Assembly: GCA_039802005.1 (NCBI GenBank) | Contig: JBDRVV010000009.1 | Coordinates: 3,549-67,548, forward strand | DNA: 64,000 nucleotides | Source of the DNA: a candidate division WOR-3 bacterium | GTDB taxonomy: Bacteria; Hydrothermota; Tepidihabitantia; SM23-42; JAOAFX01 | Direction of reading: 5' to 3' | Shown: positions 10,075 through 18,324 of the stretch, piece by piece | Position numbering within the stretch: position 1 is the stretch's first letter | How the letters are laid out: every line of letters starts with the position of its first letter | Translations under genes and position numbers: made by a program | The notes under the pieces: model-generated | The model's database searches: none | What the model saw: the letters and a program-made list of their open reading frames with translations, nothing else | Told to the model about the DNA's origin: nothing

Positions 10075-10084
10075 AAAATGGTTA

Positions 10085-10112
10085 TTGACATTTATATAAT
10101 TTTTAGTATAAT
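10085..10112 (+). promoter_or_regulatory. Sigma70-like promoter TTGACA-N16-TATAAT
   Basis: Perfect hexamers read directly. Confidence 0.75.
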
Positions 10113-10130
10113 TGACATACTGGGGGCTAA

Positions 10131-10973
10131 ATGATTTTATTTTTACTTATTGCCAGCATAGGATATGAATATATGCTCGTTGATCCGGTTGCAGAGAGGG
10201 TAGGAATGGGTTATGCCGTCGTTGGTGACGGACATAATATTTTTTATAATCCAGCAGGAATTATACTTAATACAGGAGTAAGTTATTCATTCTCTTATCT
10301 GAATTATATTGGGGGGACTCACTTTGGTCATGTTGATTACGAAAGCAATGTATTGGGTGCAGGTATTAGATACTTCTATAGTGGGAAAATGAAAAAAACC
10401 GATGCCTCTGGGCAGGAGTTAGGAGATTTCAGCACAAATTTTATTGATTTTAATATCGGTAAGGGCTTTACAATGAGCAATATTCTATTAGGTGTTTCGG
10501 GAAAATTCGTGTATGAACTTATTGACACATTATATTCTTTGGGCTTTGGCATTGATATGGGAGCCCTATACCTTCTGTCTCAAGAAAATATCCAGCTGGG
10601 TCTCGCAGTAAAAAATCTTGGGACGGGTATAAAGCCATTTATTAACGATAAAGAATTATTACCTTATGAAATCAATTTGGGTCTCATTAAAAAATTTAAT
10701 CAGGGCTGGATTGGACTTGATATTGTTAAACCCGCCCTATTAAATCTTGGTTTTAGAATTGGTGGTGGATATGATCTCACAGAATACTTAACATTCCGTA
10801 TCTCATACAATAGCCTTTTGTCTCAGGTTAAAACTGATACAGGTCTTGATTTTCTTGCAGGAATTACGCTGGGGTTTGGAGTAAAAAAGAATAAAATAAA
10901 TGTCAATTACTCATATACCCCATACTTTAATCTGGGACAGGCACATAGATTAACAATAAGAATAGGAGGTTAA
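10131..10973 (+). CDS. PorV/PorQ-like (UPF0164) outer-membrane beta-barrel protein
   Basis: Short signal peptide, GMGYA...IFYNPAG motif, alternating beta-strands, C-terminal YSY..Y..LG..HR.T. Confidence 0.75.
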   Translation: MILFLLIASIGYEYMLVDPVAERVGMGYAVVGDGHNIFYNPAGIILNTGVSYSFSYLNYIGGTHFGHVDYESNVLGAGIRYFYSGKMKKTDASGQELGDFSTNFIDFNIGKGFTMSNILLGVSGKFVYELIDTLYSLGFGIDMGALYLLSQENIQLGLAVKNLGTGIKPFINDKELLPYEINLGLIKKFNQGWIGLDIVKPALLNLGFRIGGGYDLTEYLTFRISYNSLLSQVKTDTGLDFLAGITLGFGVKKNKINVNYSYTPYFNLGQAHRLTIRIGG

Positions 10974-10974
10974 A

Positions 10975-11964
10975 ATGTCTCGTGTAACATTCGGTATAAT
11001 ACCCGCCATCCTTATAATCATTCTGTCGGTTTTCTTTTATTTAAGTCCTCAATTCCTGGGACAGAAACCGGCAAATGGTAAGGAGGCATTGGCAGAATTG
11101 ATAAACAAAAGAATTACCAATCTTGGCAATTTTATTGTCCGCTCAACATTTGTCCAAGACGCAATGATTGAAAAAGATGATGCAAAATTATCAGAAATCA
11201 TTGTATCTCTAAAACAAGATGAACCTGAGATTTTAAGCGTAAACTTCACCGATAGCAAAAATAAAATAATTGCCTCTTCTAATGCAAATTTACATGGAAC
11301 TGACTATGCCCCTTTTAATCCTGGTAGTTCAAGTAAAATTGTTGAAAAATCTGGTATTTATGAGGGTGGATTCAGCATTAATTTAGGAACTACCTCTCTC
11401 GGAACACTTTATATACAGTTAAAGCCCAAAGTCCCTGAAATAAAGGTGGCTACTTCTCCAAACCCGATAATTCTGATTGTGGGTATTGCAGTAGCAATAA
11501 TCACTTTTATCATTATGTTTTCTATGGCTTCGGGACTTGAATCGCACCTCGTTGAGGATATAAATCTTCGTCAGGAAGAGGTATTTCTTCCTAAAATTGA
11601 AGAATTGAAAAAACAGCAAACAGAAGCACAAAAAGTTCTTGAAGAAATAAACAAAAAAATTGCTCAAGGGGAAAATAAGATAAAAACACTTGAGGCAGAA
11701 TATCAAGCAAGAAAGAAGGAATTTGAATCGAGCCCCGTTGTTCAATCAGTTGAAAAACTCAGGGAAACCGAGTCCGAATTATTGAAAAAACTCGAAGTCT
11801 TAAAGACTGAAGAAAATAGATTAAACAATGAAATCAATCTCCTGACGCAAAAAAGAGAAGAAATTATGAATGCCCTTGAGGCAGAGAAAAAAGAAGAAGC
11901 AAGGCTCCGGGAGAAACTTGATCTAATCAAAAAGAAAATTCTGCACCTTGAGAGCCCTGCATAA
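10975..11964 (+). CDS. Two-TM membrane protein with periplasmic (Cache-like) domain and long cytoplasmic coiled coil
   Basis: Two hydrophobic segments; heptad-rich E/K C-terminal half; GGAGG RBS. Confidence 0.7.
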   Translation: MSRVTFGIIPAILIIILSVFFYLSPQFLGQKPANGKEALAELINKRITNLGNFIVRSTFVQDAMIEKDDAKLSEIIVSLKQDEPEILSVNFTDSKNKIIASSNANLHGTDYAPFNPGSSSKIVEKSGIYEGGFSINLGTTSLGTLYIQLKPKVPEIKVATSPNPIILIVGIAVAIITFIIMFSMASGLESHLVEDINLRQEEVFLPKIEELKKQQTEAQKVLEEINKKIAQGENKIKTLEAEYQARKKEFESSPVVQSVEKLRETESELLKKLEVLKTEENRLNNEINLLTQKREEIMNALEAEKKEEARLREKLDLIKKKILHLESPA

Positions 11965-12011
11965 CAAACAAAGAAGTAGAAAATTAACGCCGATAAGAAT
12001 AACCAAATTTT

Positions 12012-12965
12012 ATGAAGAGTCAGTATATTAACGAATTAAAGGCTGGGCAGCTTGTAAAGGAGAAATTTTTACTTACCAAAAAAGTACTACGGGAAAAAAA
12101 GGATGGCGGTTTTTTTACACAGATAGAACTCAGTGACCGAACGGGCACTATTGAAGGGGTCGCCTGGGATAATATCAGTGACGAATTCAAAAATATATCA
12201 TCTGGTGATTTTGTATTTATAACCGGCAATGTAAATGAATATAATGAAAGACTGCAAATAGTAGTAAATTCCATTGCGCGGGTTCCTGATGATGAAATAG
12301 AAGCCGAGGATTTCCTCAATGTTGTTGATGAAGACATTGAAAAGGTAATAAATGAAATAAAAGAAATATTAAATAAACTAACAAATCATTTTTTAAAAAA
12401 TCTAATTACGCAATTTCTTAATGACTCCAAGTTTATGGAAAAATTCAGAAAAGCTCCGGCAGCAAAGAAGGCTCACCATGCCAGTATCGGCGGGCTTGCT
12501 GTTCACACACGCAATGTAATGAATTTAGGCATTAAGATATGCGAAATATTTGATTTTCTCAATTCCGACCTGCTCATCGCTGGGAGTTTTCTCCATGATA
12601 TTGGCAAGATTGATGAATATACATATCATAAAAAGATTGACCATACTAAAGATGGACGGATGCTGGGACATATTGTTATTGGCTGTGAAATAATCGCTAA
12701 AAAAATTGCGAAAATTGATAACTTTCCCAACGAATTAAGACTGAAATTGTTGCATATGGTTGTTTCTCATCATGGTGAACTTGAATATGGCTCACCCATT
12801 CTACCTGTCTTTCCTGAAGCCCTTGTCTTACATTTTATAGATAACCTTGATTCAAAACTTGAAATGATGCGTGATGAAATAAAAAAGAACAGAGGGACAC
12901 TCAGCGACTGGAGTGAATATCATCCCTTGCTTGAAAGGGTAATATACCTTGGCACTGAAGATTAA
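12012..12965 (+). CDS. yhaM: 3'-5' exoribonuclease YhaM/Cbf1 family (OB fold + HD domain)
   Basis: OB fold (LSDRTGTIEG), PAAKKAHHA, LHDIGK, SHHG, DNLDSK. Confidence 0.9.
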   Translation: MKSQYINELKAGQLVKEKFLLTKKVLREKKDGGFFTQIELSDRTGTIEGVAWDNISDEFKNISSGDFVFITGNVNEYNERLQIVVNSIARVPDDEIEAEDFLNVVDEDIEKVINEIKEILNKLTNHFLKNLITQFLNDSKFMEKFRKAPAAKKAHHASIGGLAVHTRNVMNLGIKICEIFDFLNSDLLIAGSFLHDIGKIDEYTYHKKIDHTKDGRMLGHIVIGCEIIAKKIAKIDNFPNELRLKLLHMVVSHHGELEYGSPILPVFPEALVLHFIDNLDSKLEMMRDEIKKNRGTLSDWSEYHPLLERVIYLGTED

Positions 12966-12983
12966 TAAAAATATTTCCTCAAA

Positions 12984-15900
12984 ATGAAAATTAAAGAAAT
13001 CAAGCTTTACGGGTTCAAATCATTTCAGGAAGAAACTAAATTTTTACTAAATCCTGGAATTACTGCTTTTGTTGGTCCCAACGGTAGCGGTAAATCGAAT
13101 ATTTTTGATGCCTTAAGGTGGGTATTCGGTGAACAGAGTATGAAGGCACTACGCTGTGAAAAGAACGAAGACCTCATTCATATTTCCGCAGACGGGCAGA
13201 GTGATTCAAATTTTGCCGAAGTAACGGTGACGATAGAAAATGAAGACTTTTTCCCTCAATTCGGAAGTGAGTTTGAAATAAAAAGAAAATTTTATAGAGA
13301 CGGAGAAAGTGAATTTTATTTAAATCGTGTAAAATGCAGATTGCAGGATATCCAGGCATTATTTCTGAACTCAGGGACTCTTACCTATTCGTTCTTAGAA
13401 CTATCCGAGATAGAAAGGATTATCAGCGGAGACACAAAAGAGATGTTTGACGATGTTTCGGGAATTTTAAAATATCAGGAACGCCGAGAACAGACCCAGA
13501 GAAGATTGGAACAGACTGAGCAGGATCTTCTACGTCTTGAAGATGTGATAAGTGAAATGGAAAGAACGGTTCGCAGTCTAAAAAGGCAGGCACGACAGAC
13601 ACAATTATATCAGGAATTAAAAGAAGAATATAAAAAATTGTCGCTTATCATAACTAAATCAGATTACGAAAGAACTATCAATGAATTAAAAGAGGTAGAA
13701 ACCTCACTACATAACCTAAATCAGCAGAAACAAAATGTTCTTATCAGGTTAAATAATCTTGATGAAGAGCGGCAGAAATTAAAAAATGAATTTACTGAAC
13801 TGGAAACAAAAAAGAGAGACATTGTAACTGAAATAACCAATCTAAATAATGAAATCGATAATCTACAACAGGAATTGAACAATCTTGAAAATGAAACAAG
13901 GCAATTTAGCATTGAATATGAGAGAAAGACTGCATCCCTTAAAGAAAAACAAGAATACCTGAAAAATCTGAATAATAAAATTATTGAAAACGAAAGAAAA
14001 TTGAATGAAGTAAATAATGAGATTGCCCTCTGGAATGAAAAACTTTTAACTGAACAAAATAATCTTGAGAAACTTTCTAACGATTTTATTGAAATCACCA
14101 GAGTTATAGAAGAAAAACAAAAGACAATTGATGGCATTATGCTTAAAATCCAATTACTAAAAAATGACCTTGCCCGCGTGGAAATAAGCAAAACCAATAA
14201 AGAAAATATCCTCATTCAAATAGAAAAAGAAAAGGAAGAATTAAAGTCTGATTTGTCAGTTAAATTTAAAGAAAAGGCTGATTATGAACAAGAATTAAAT
14301 AATATAATCAAAAACCAGAACAATATAAGTCAATCCATTTCCGAGCAACAGAAAACAATTGAAGACATTGAAATTAAAATAGAAGAAATTGAAAAGGATA
14401 TTGTTAAACGTCAGGAAGAACTGAACGATTGTCGGTTGTTGATCGATACACTACAAAACAGGCTGGGTAAAGTTGAAAATATAAAATTCATTAAACAGCA
14501 ATTTAAAGAAAGATTTGTGGGTATATTCCGGGATTTCTTAATCGTGCGTCCCGGATATGAACAGATTGTTGACCTCTGTCTGTATGATGCCTTAAACTTT
14601 TTTATAGTCAATGACATCTCACCGAATGATTTTAATAACCTTCCGGAAGGTAGATATGGTTTTATGTTGAAGGAAGAAAACATAGCACAGGAAAATCCCG
14701 ACGAATTAAAGGCTCTGAAATCTTTGACTGAACTTGTTGAAATAAGAGCAAATAAGGAAATTTTTTCGGCATTTTTAAGTAAATATTTTTTAACAAATGG
14801 ATTTGAAGAAGCATTAAGATACTCAAAAAAATTTCCGAATTTCGGATTTTTAACACTTGAAGGCTGCTTATTTAATAATAATTCGGTTATAATTCAAAAA
14901 GGTGAATTCGGATATTTCCAGATAAATCAAAGGTTAAGTGAATATCAATCAAAAGCCGAATCTCTTCAGAATGAAATAGTGTTTATGAATGACGAAAAAA
15001 AGAAACTCTTAGAACAACTAAACCAGATAAGAAATGGTCTTGAACAAAATAAAGAAAAACTATTTTCTTTGAATATAAATAAATCCGAATTTTCAATGCA
15101 AGTAAATACATTGAAAAATCAGTTAAATAATCTAAATAAGGATATAGAAGAAGTTGATAATGAGAGGAATAAACTGCTGACGGAAATTGAAGAATTGAAT
15201 AAATATTTTATCGAGTTTACAAATCAAATTACTGAAAACGAGAATATACTTAATAAAACTCAAACTGAATCTGAAGAATTGAAAAATATACTTGATAATC
15301 TGGAAAAAAAGATTGAACGCCAGAATAAAGAGTTAAATCAAATTATCCTTAAAATTGGGATATTAAACGAAGTCAAATCTGTAACAGAAAAAAATTTAAA
15401 CGACACCCAGGTTGAAATTACAAATCTCACTAATGAAATAGAAGAAATTGGCAAATTATCGGCGAGTGAGGAACTTGCCGCCATTGAACAGAAAATAACG
15501 GAACTGAAACAATCCATACAGGAAAAGAAAGAAAGACGTGCGAATCTGGAAAATCAAATTCCTGAGCAGAAAATTCAGGAAATATCAAAAAATCTTGATT
15601 CAATCTACGATGAGATTGCTCAATTACAAAGGCAACAAGATGAAATTCAGAATGCAATAATGCAGGTTAATTTTAAAGTTTTTGAACTGAATCATAAGAA
15701 AGAAGAGCTTAATAAAAAGGCAAAAGAAGAATTCCAAACTAATTTAGAAGATTATGTATTAGAAGATATTCCTGAGCCCGAACAAAAATTAAATGAGGTC
15801 AAAGAAAGAATGGCACGCCTTGGAGAAATAAATCCATTAAGTCTAAGTGCTTATGAACAGGAAAAGAAAAGGCTTGATGAATTTTTAAATCAACGAAATG

Positions 15901-16442
15901 ATATAATTGCTGCCAAGCAAAATCTTTTAAAATCCATTGCCGAACTTGATGCCAGGGCGAAAGAAAGATTCATTGATACCTTTAGAGAAGTGAAGGGAAA
16001 ATTTAACGAAGTCTTCGCAAAATTCTTTGAAGGTGGAGAGGCGGACCTTATTTTGACTGATCCAGCAAACCCATTAACTTCCGATGTTGACATTGTTGTT
16101 CGTATGAAAGGCAAAAGGATAAAAAGGATAAACCAGCTTTCTGGGGGTGAAAGAACACTGCTTGCGGTCAGCCTGTTGCTTGCTTTCTACCTTGTCAAAC
16201 CTGCTCCTTTCTGTATCCTTGATGAAATTGATGCACCGCTGGATGATGTCAATGTTGTGAGATTCAATAAGTTCTTGCGAGAATTGGCACAACATACCCA
16301 GGTGGTTATAATAACCCATAACCGCGCTACAATGGAATATGCCGATTACATATATGGACTTACCATGGAAAGACCCGGCAAGAGTAAGATTATATCAACC
16401 CGTCTGGAAGATTTGGAACCAGTAGAATTAACAGAACAGTAA
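12984..16442 (+). CDS. smc: Chromosome segregation protein SMC
   Basis: Walker A GPNGSGKSN, long coiled coils with central hinge-like region, LSGGE, LDEIDAPLD, ITH. Confidence 0.96.
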   Translation: MKIKEIKLYGFKSFQEETKFLLNPGITAFVGPNGSGKSNIFDALRWVFGEQSMKALRCEKNEDLIHISADGQSDSNFAEVTVTIENEDFFPQFGSEFEIKRKFYRDGESEFYLNRVKCRLQDIQALFLNSGTLTYSFLELSEIERIISGDTKEMFDDVSGILKYQERREQTQRRLEQTEQDLLRLEDVISEMERTVRSLKRQARQTQLYQELKEEYKKLSLIITKSDYERTINELKEVETSLHNLNQQKQNVLIRLNNLDEERQKLKNEFTELETKKRDIVTEITNLNNEIDNLQQELNNLENETRQFSIEYERKTASLKEKQEYLKNLNNKIIENERKLNEVNNEIALWNEKLLTEQNNLEKLSNDFIEITRVIEEKQKTIDGIMLKIQLLKNDLARVEISKTNKENILIQIEKEKEELKSDLSVKFKEKADYEQELNNIIKNQNNISQSISEQQKTIEDIEIKIEEIEKDIVKRQEELNDCRLLIDTLQNRLGKVENIKFIKQQFKERFVGIFRDFLIVRPGYEQIVDLCLYDALNFFIVNDISPNDFNNLPEGRYGFMLKEENIAQENPDELKALKSLTELVEIRANKEIFSAFLSKYFLTNGFEEALRYSKKFPNFGFLTLEGCLFNNNSVIIQKGEFGYFQINQRLSEYQSKAESLQNEIVFMNDEKKKLLEQLNQIRNGLEQNKEKLFSLNINKSEFSMQVNTLKNQLNNLNKDIEEVDNERNKLLTEIEELNKYFIEFTNQITENENILNKTQTESEELKNILDNLEKKIERQNKELNQIILKIGILNEVKSVTEKNLNDTQVEITNLTNEIEEIGKLSASEELAAIEQKITELKQSIQEKKERRANLENQIPEQKIQEISKNLDSIYDEIAQLQRQQDEIQNAIMQVNFKVFELNHKKEELNKKAKEEFQTNLEDYVLEDIPEPEQKLNEVKERMARLGEINPLSLSAYEQEKKRLDEFLNQRNDIIAAKQNLLKSIAELDARAKERFIDTFREVKGKFNEVFAKFFEGGEADLILTDPANPLTSDVDIVVRMKGKRIKRINQLSGGERTLLAVSLLLAFYLVKPAPFCILDEIDAPLDDVNVVRFNKFLRELAQHTQVVIITHNRATMEYADYIYGLTMERPGKSKIISTRLEDLEPVELTEQ

Positions 16443-16452
16443 GCAGAAATCC

Positions 16453-17286
16453 ATGCCTCTACCCTATCTCAGCAAATTCCTTGGGAAATTGACCGGTATT
16501 TTTAGTCCAGCAAAAAAACCCGATATATCCAATCTGGAACAAGTTTTACTTGAATCCGATGTCGGAGTAAAATATACAAATATGTTGCTCGAAAAAATTA
16601 ATTATAATCAGGCAAAACTTAAAGAGGAAATCCTAAAACTGATTAATATCAAACCACCAAATTTAAATCCAACAAAGCCTTTAATCATAATAATTTGCGG
16701 TGTAAACGGCTCGGGCAAAACGACGACCGTGGCAAAACTTGCCTATATGTATCAAAAAAAAGGCAACGTCCTTCTGGTCAGTGCGGATACATATAGGGAT
16801 GCTGCATCAGAACAACTTGATATCTGGGCACAGAAAGTCGGTGTTGAAATCATTCGTTCCCAGAAAGGGCAAGATGCGGGTGCCGTCGTCTATGATGGAC
16901 TAAATAAGGCAATATCAAGAAATAATGATACAGTCTTGATTGATACTGCCGGAAGATTACATACCCGAACCGACCTTATGGAAGAATTAAAAAAAATCAA
17001 AAGGGTTGTAACCAAACTCAAACCTTCAGGTCCTGATCTTTCCCTTTTGACTATTGATGCCACACTGGGTCAGAACTCCATTCAGCAGGCAAAGATATTT
17101 ACCCAGGAACTGGGAATCAATGGCTTGATTTTAACCAAATTTGATGGCACCGCAAAAGGTGGGGCAATAATTCCTATATGTGCAGAATTAAAAATCCCGG
17201 TGCTTTACCTGGGTGTCGGCGAAAAAATTGAAGACCTTATTGAATTCAAACCCGAAGAATTCGTTGAAGCAATGTTTGCTGACTAA
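16453..17286 (+). CDS. ftsY: Signal recognition particle receptor FtsY (short form)
   Basis: GVNGSGKTTT, DTAGR, TKFDGTAKGG; follows smc. Confidence 0.95.
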   Translation: MPLPYLSKFLGKLTGIFSPAKKPDISNLEQVLLESDVGVKYTNMLLEKINYNQAKLKEEILKLINIKPPNLNPTKPLIIIICGVNGSGKTTTVAKLAYMYQKKGNVLLVSADTYRDAASEQLDIWAQKVGVEIIRSQKGQDAGAVVYDGLNKAISRNNDTVLIDTAGRLHTRTDLMEELKKIKRVVTKLKPSGPDLSLLTIDATLGQNSIQQAKIFTQELGINGLILTKFDGTAKGGAIIPICAELKIPVLYLGVGEKIEDLIEFKPEEFVEAMFAD

Positions 17287-17978
17287 TTTGAATAAATATT
17301 AAATTTATTAATATGTTTCTCAAAAAATTCTTCCACTTTTTTTCTCAACAAAAAATAAAGTATTAACGCAATTAAAAATCCAACTCCCCCCATAACCCAA
17401 CCCTTTATTCCCATTGCCATAATCCGATCCCCAGCCACTACATAAATCAGTATCCCGGGGATTCGGCAGAACCCAATAATAACAATCAAAACTTTCAAGG
17501 GGATCATAGTCAGTCCTGCCAGATAAAAAAGTCCATCACCGATAGGGTTGGGAAATATTGCTAAAAATAATACCAGCGGCAAGCCTTTTTTAGTTATCAT
17601 TTGCTCTAAACGCGATGTTCCTTCTTCGGCAAATAGATAAAGTATCTTTTTACCAAAAACCCGTGCTACAAGCATCGCTAAAAAACCGCCAACTATTACT
17701 GCAAGCCATGATACTAAAAATCCTTTCAATGGGCCAAACAACATGCCAGATGCAATATTTAAAACCTGTCCCGGAATCGGCGCGAAGAAAATCTGGAAAA
17801 TATAAAGCAGGAAATATATAAAATAGGAAACAAGACCATAGCGCTGAATTGCATCTCTAACTGCCTCCGGATCATTTACGATAAAATTGAAATTTTTTAC
17901 AAAAATAATTGATACCAAAACAATTATGGTAAAAAAAACAATTGTTCCGCAAAAACCCAAAAATCGTTTTATTTTCAT
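17283..17978 (-). CDS. TVP38/TMEM64 (VTT/DedA-related) membrane protein
   Basis: FAPIPGQVL...SGMLFG, FPNPIGD motifs, multiple TM segments. Confidence 0.85.
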   Translation of the reverse strand: MKIKRFLGFCGTIVFFTIIVLVSIIFVKNFNFIVNDPEAVRDAIQRYGLVSYFIYFLLYIFQIFFAPIPGQVLNIASGMLFGPLKGFLVSWLAVIVGGFLAMLVARVFGKKILYLFAEEGTSRLEQMITKKGLPLVLFLAIFPNPIGDGLFYLAGLTMIPLKVLIVIIGFCRIPGILIYVVAGDRIMAMGIKGWVMGGVGFLIALILYFLLRKKVEEFFEKHINKFNIYSN

Positions 17979-17985
17979 CTAATTA

Positions 17986-18013
17986 ATTATATTTATTTTG
18001 TATTTTCATTCAA
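17986..18013 (-). promoter_or_regulatory. Sigma70-like promoter TTGAAT-N16-TATAAT, probably leaderless
   Basis: -10 box 7 nt from ATG at 17978. Confidence 0.6.
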
Positions 18014-18060
18014 TATCCTTAATATTTATATTTAAATTCATCTTCATTTTTGTGAATTAT

Positions 18061-18290
18061 AAAGACCATTTGACCTTAGGCAATAGGCTGATTGCACTTT
18101 TTATTGATGATGGTTTAATGCGAGAGAACGAACCAGAACAGGTTACCGCTATATTAAAAAAACTTGGTATAAAAACAGTAGTGATAAATGCCGCAAATAT
18201 TTTTTTAAGGCATTGAAAGGCAAAGAAAACCCTGAAGAAATGCGTAAGGCATTTTGCGATACATTCTATAAAGCTCTTGGTGATTCCATA
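18061..18290 (+). pseudogene. Remnant of a GMP synthase ATP-pyrophosphatase (GuaA-B/ExsB-like) gene with a -1 frameshift
   Basis: LGNRLIALFIDDGLMRENEPEQV...VINAANIF, then in the -1 frame KALKGKENPEEMRKAF; resembles GuaA GDRL..IFVD.GL.R..E....D...F...L.GV.DPE.KRK; SGGVDS P-loop and C-terminus absent. Confidence 0.7.
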
Positions 18291-18318
18291 TTGACACACA
18301 AAAGAATTTTAATATACT
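18291..18318 (+). promoter_or_regulatory. Sigma70-like promoter TTGACA-N16-TATACT, leaderless
   Basis: -10 box 6 nt before ATG at 18325; no SD sequence. Confidence 0.7.
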
Positions 18319-18324
18319 AAAAAC

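Noticed and set aside
14480-14930. SMC hinge appears to lack the canonical GX6GX3GG glycines
   Set aside because: Hinge sequences diverge widely and I cannot align this reliably by eye; not enough support for a claim
17998-18216. 72-aa ORF as a functional gene
   Set aside because: The N-terminal part is low-complexity AT-rich sequence overlapping a divergent promoter; only the internal GuaA-like fragment is meaningful
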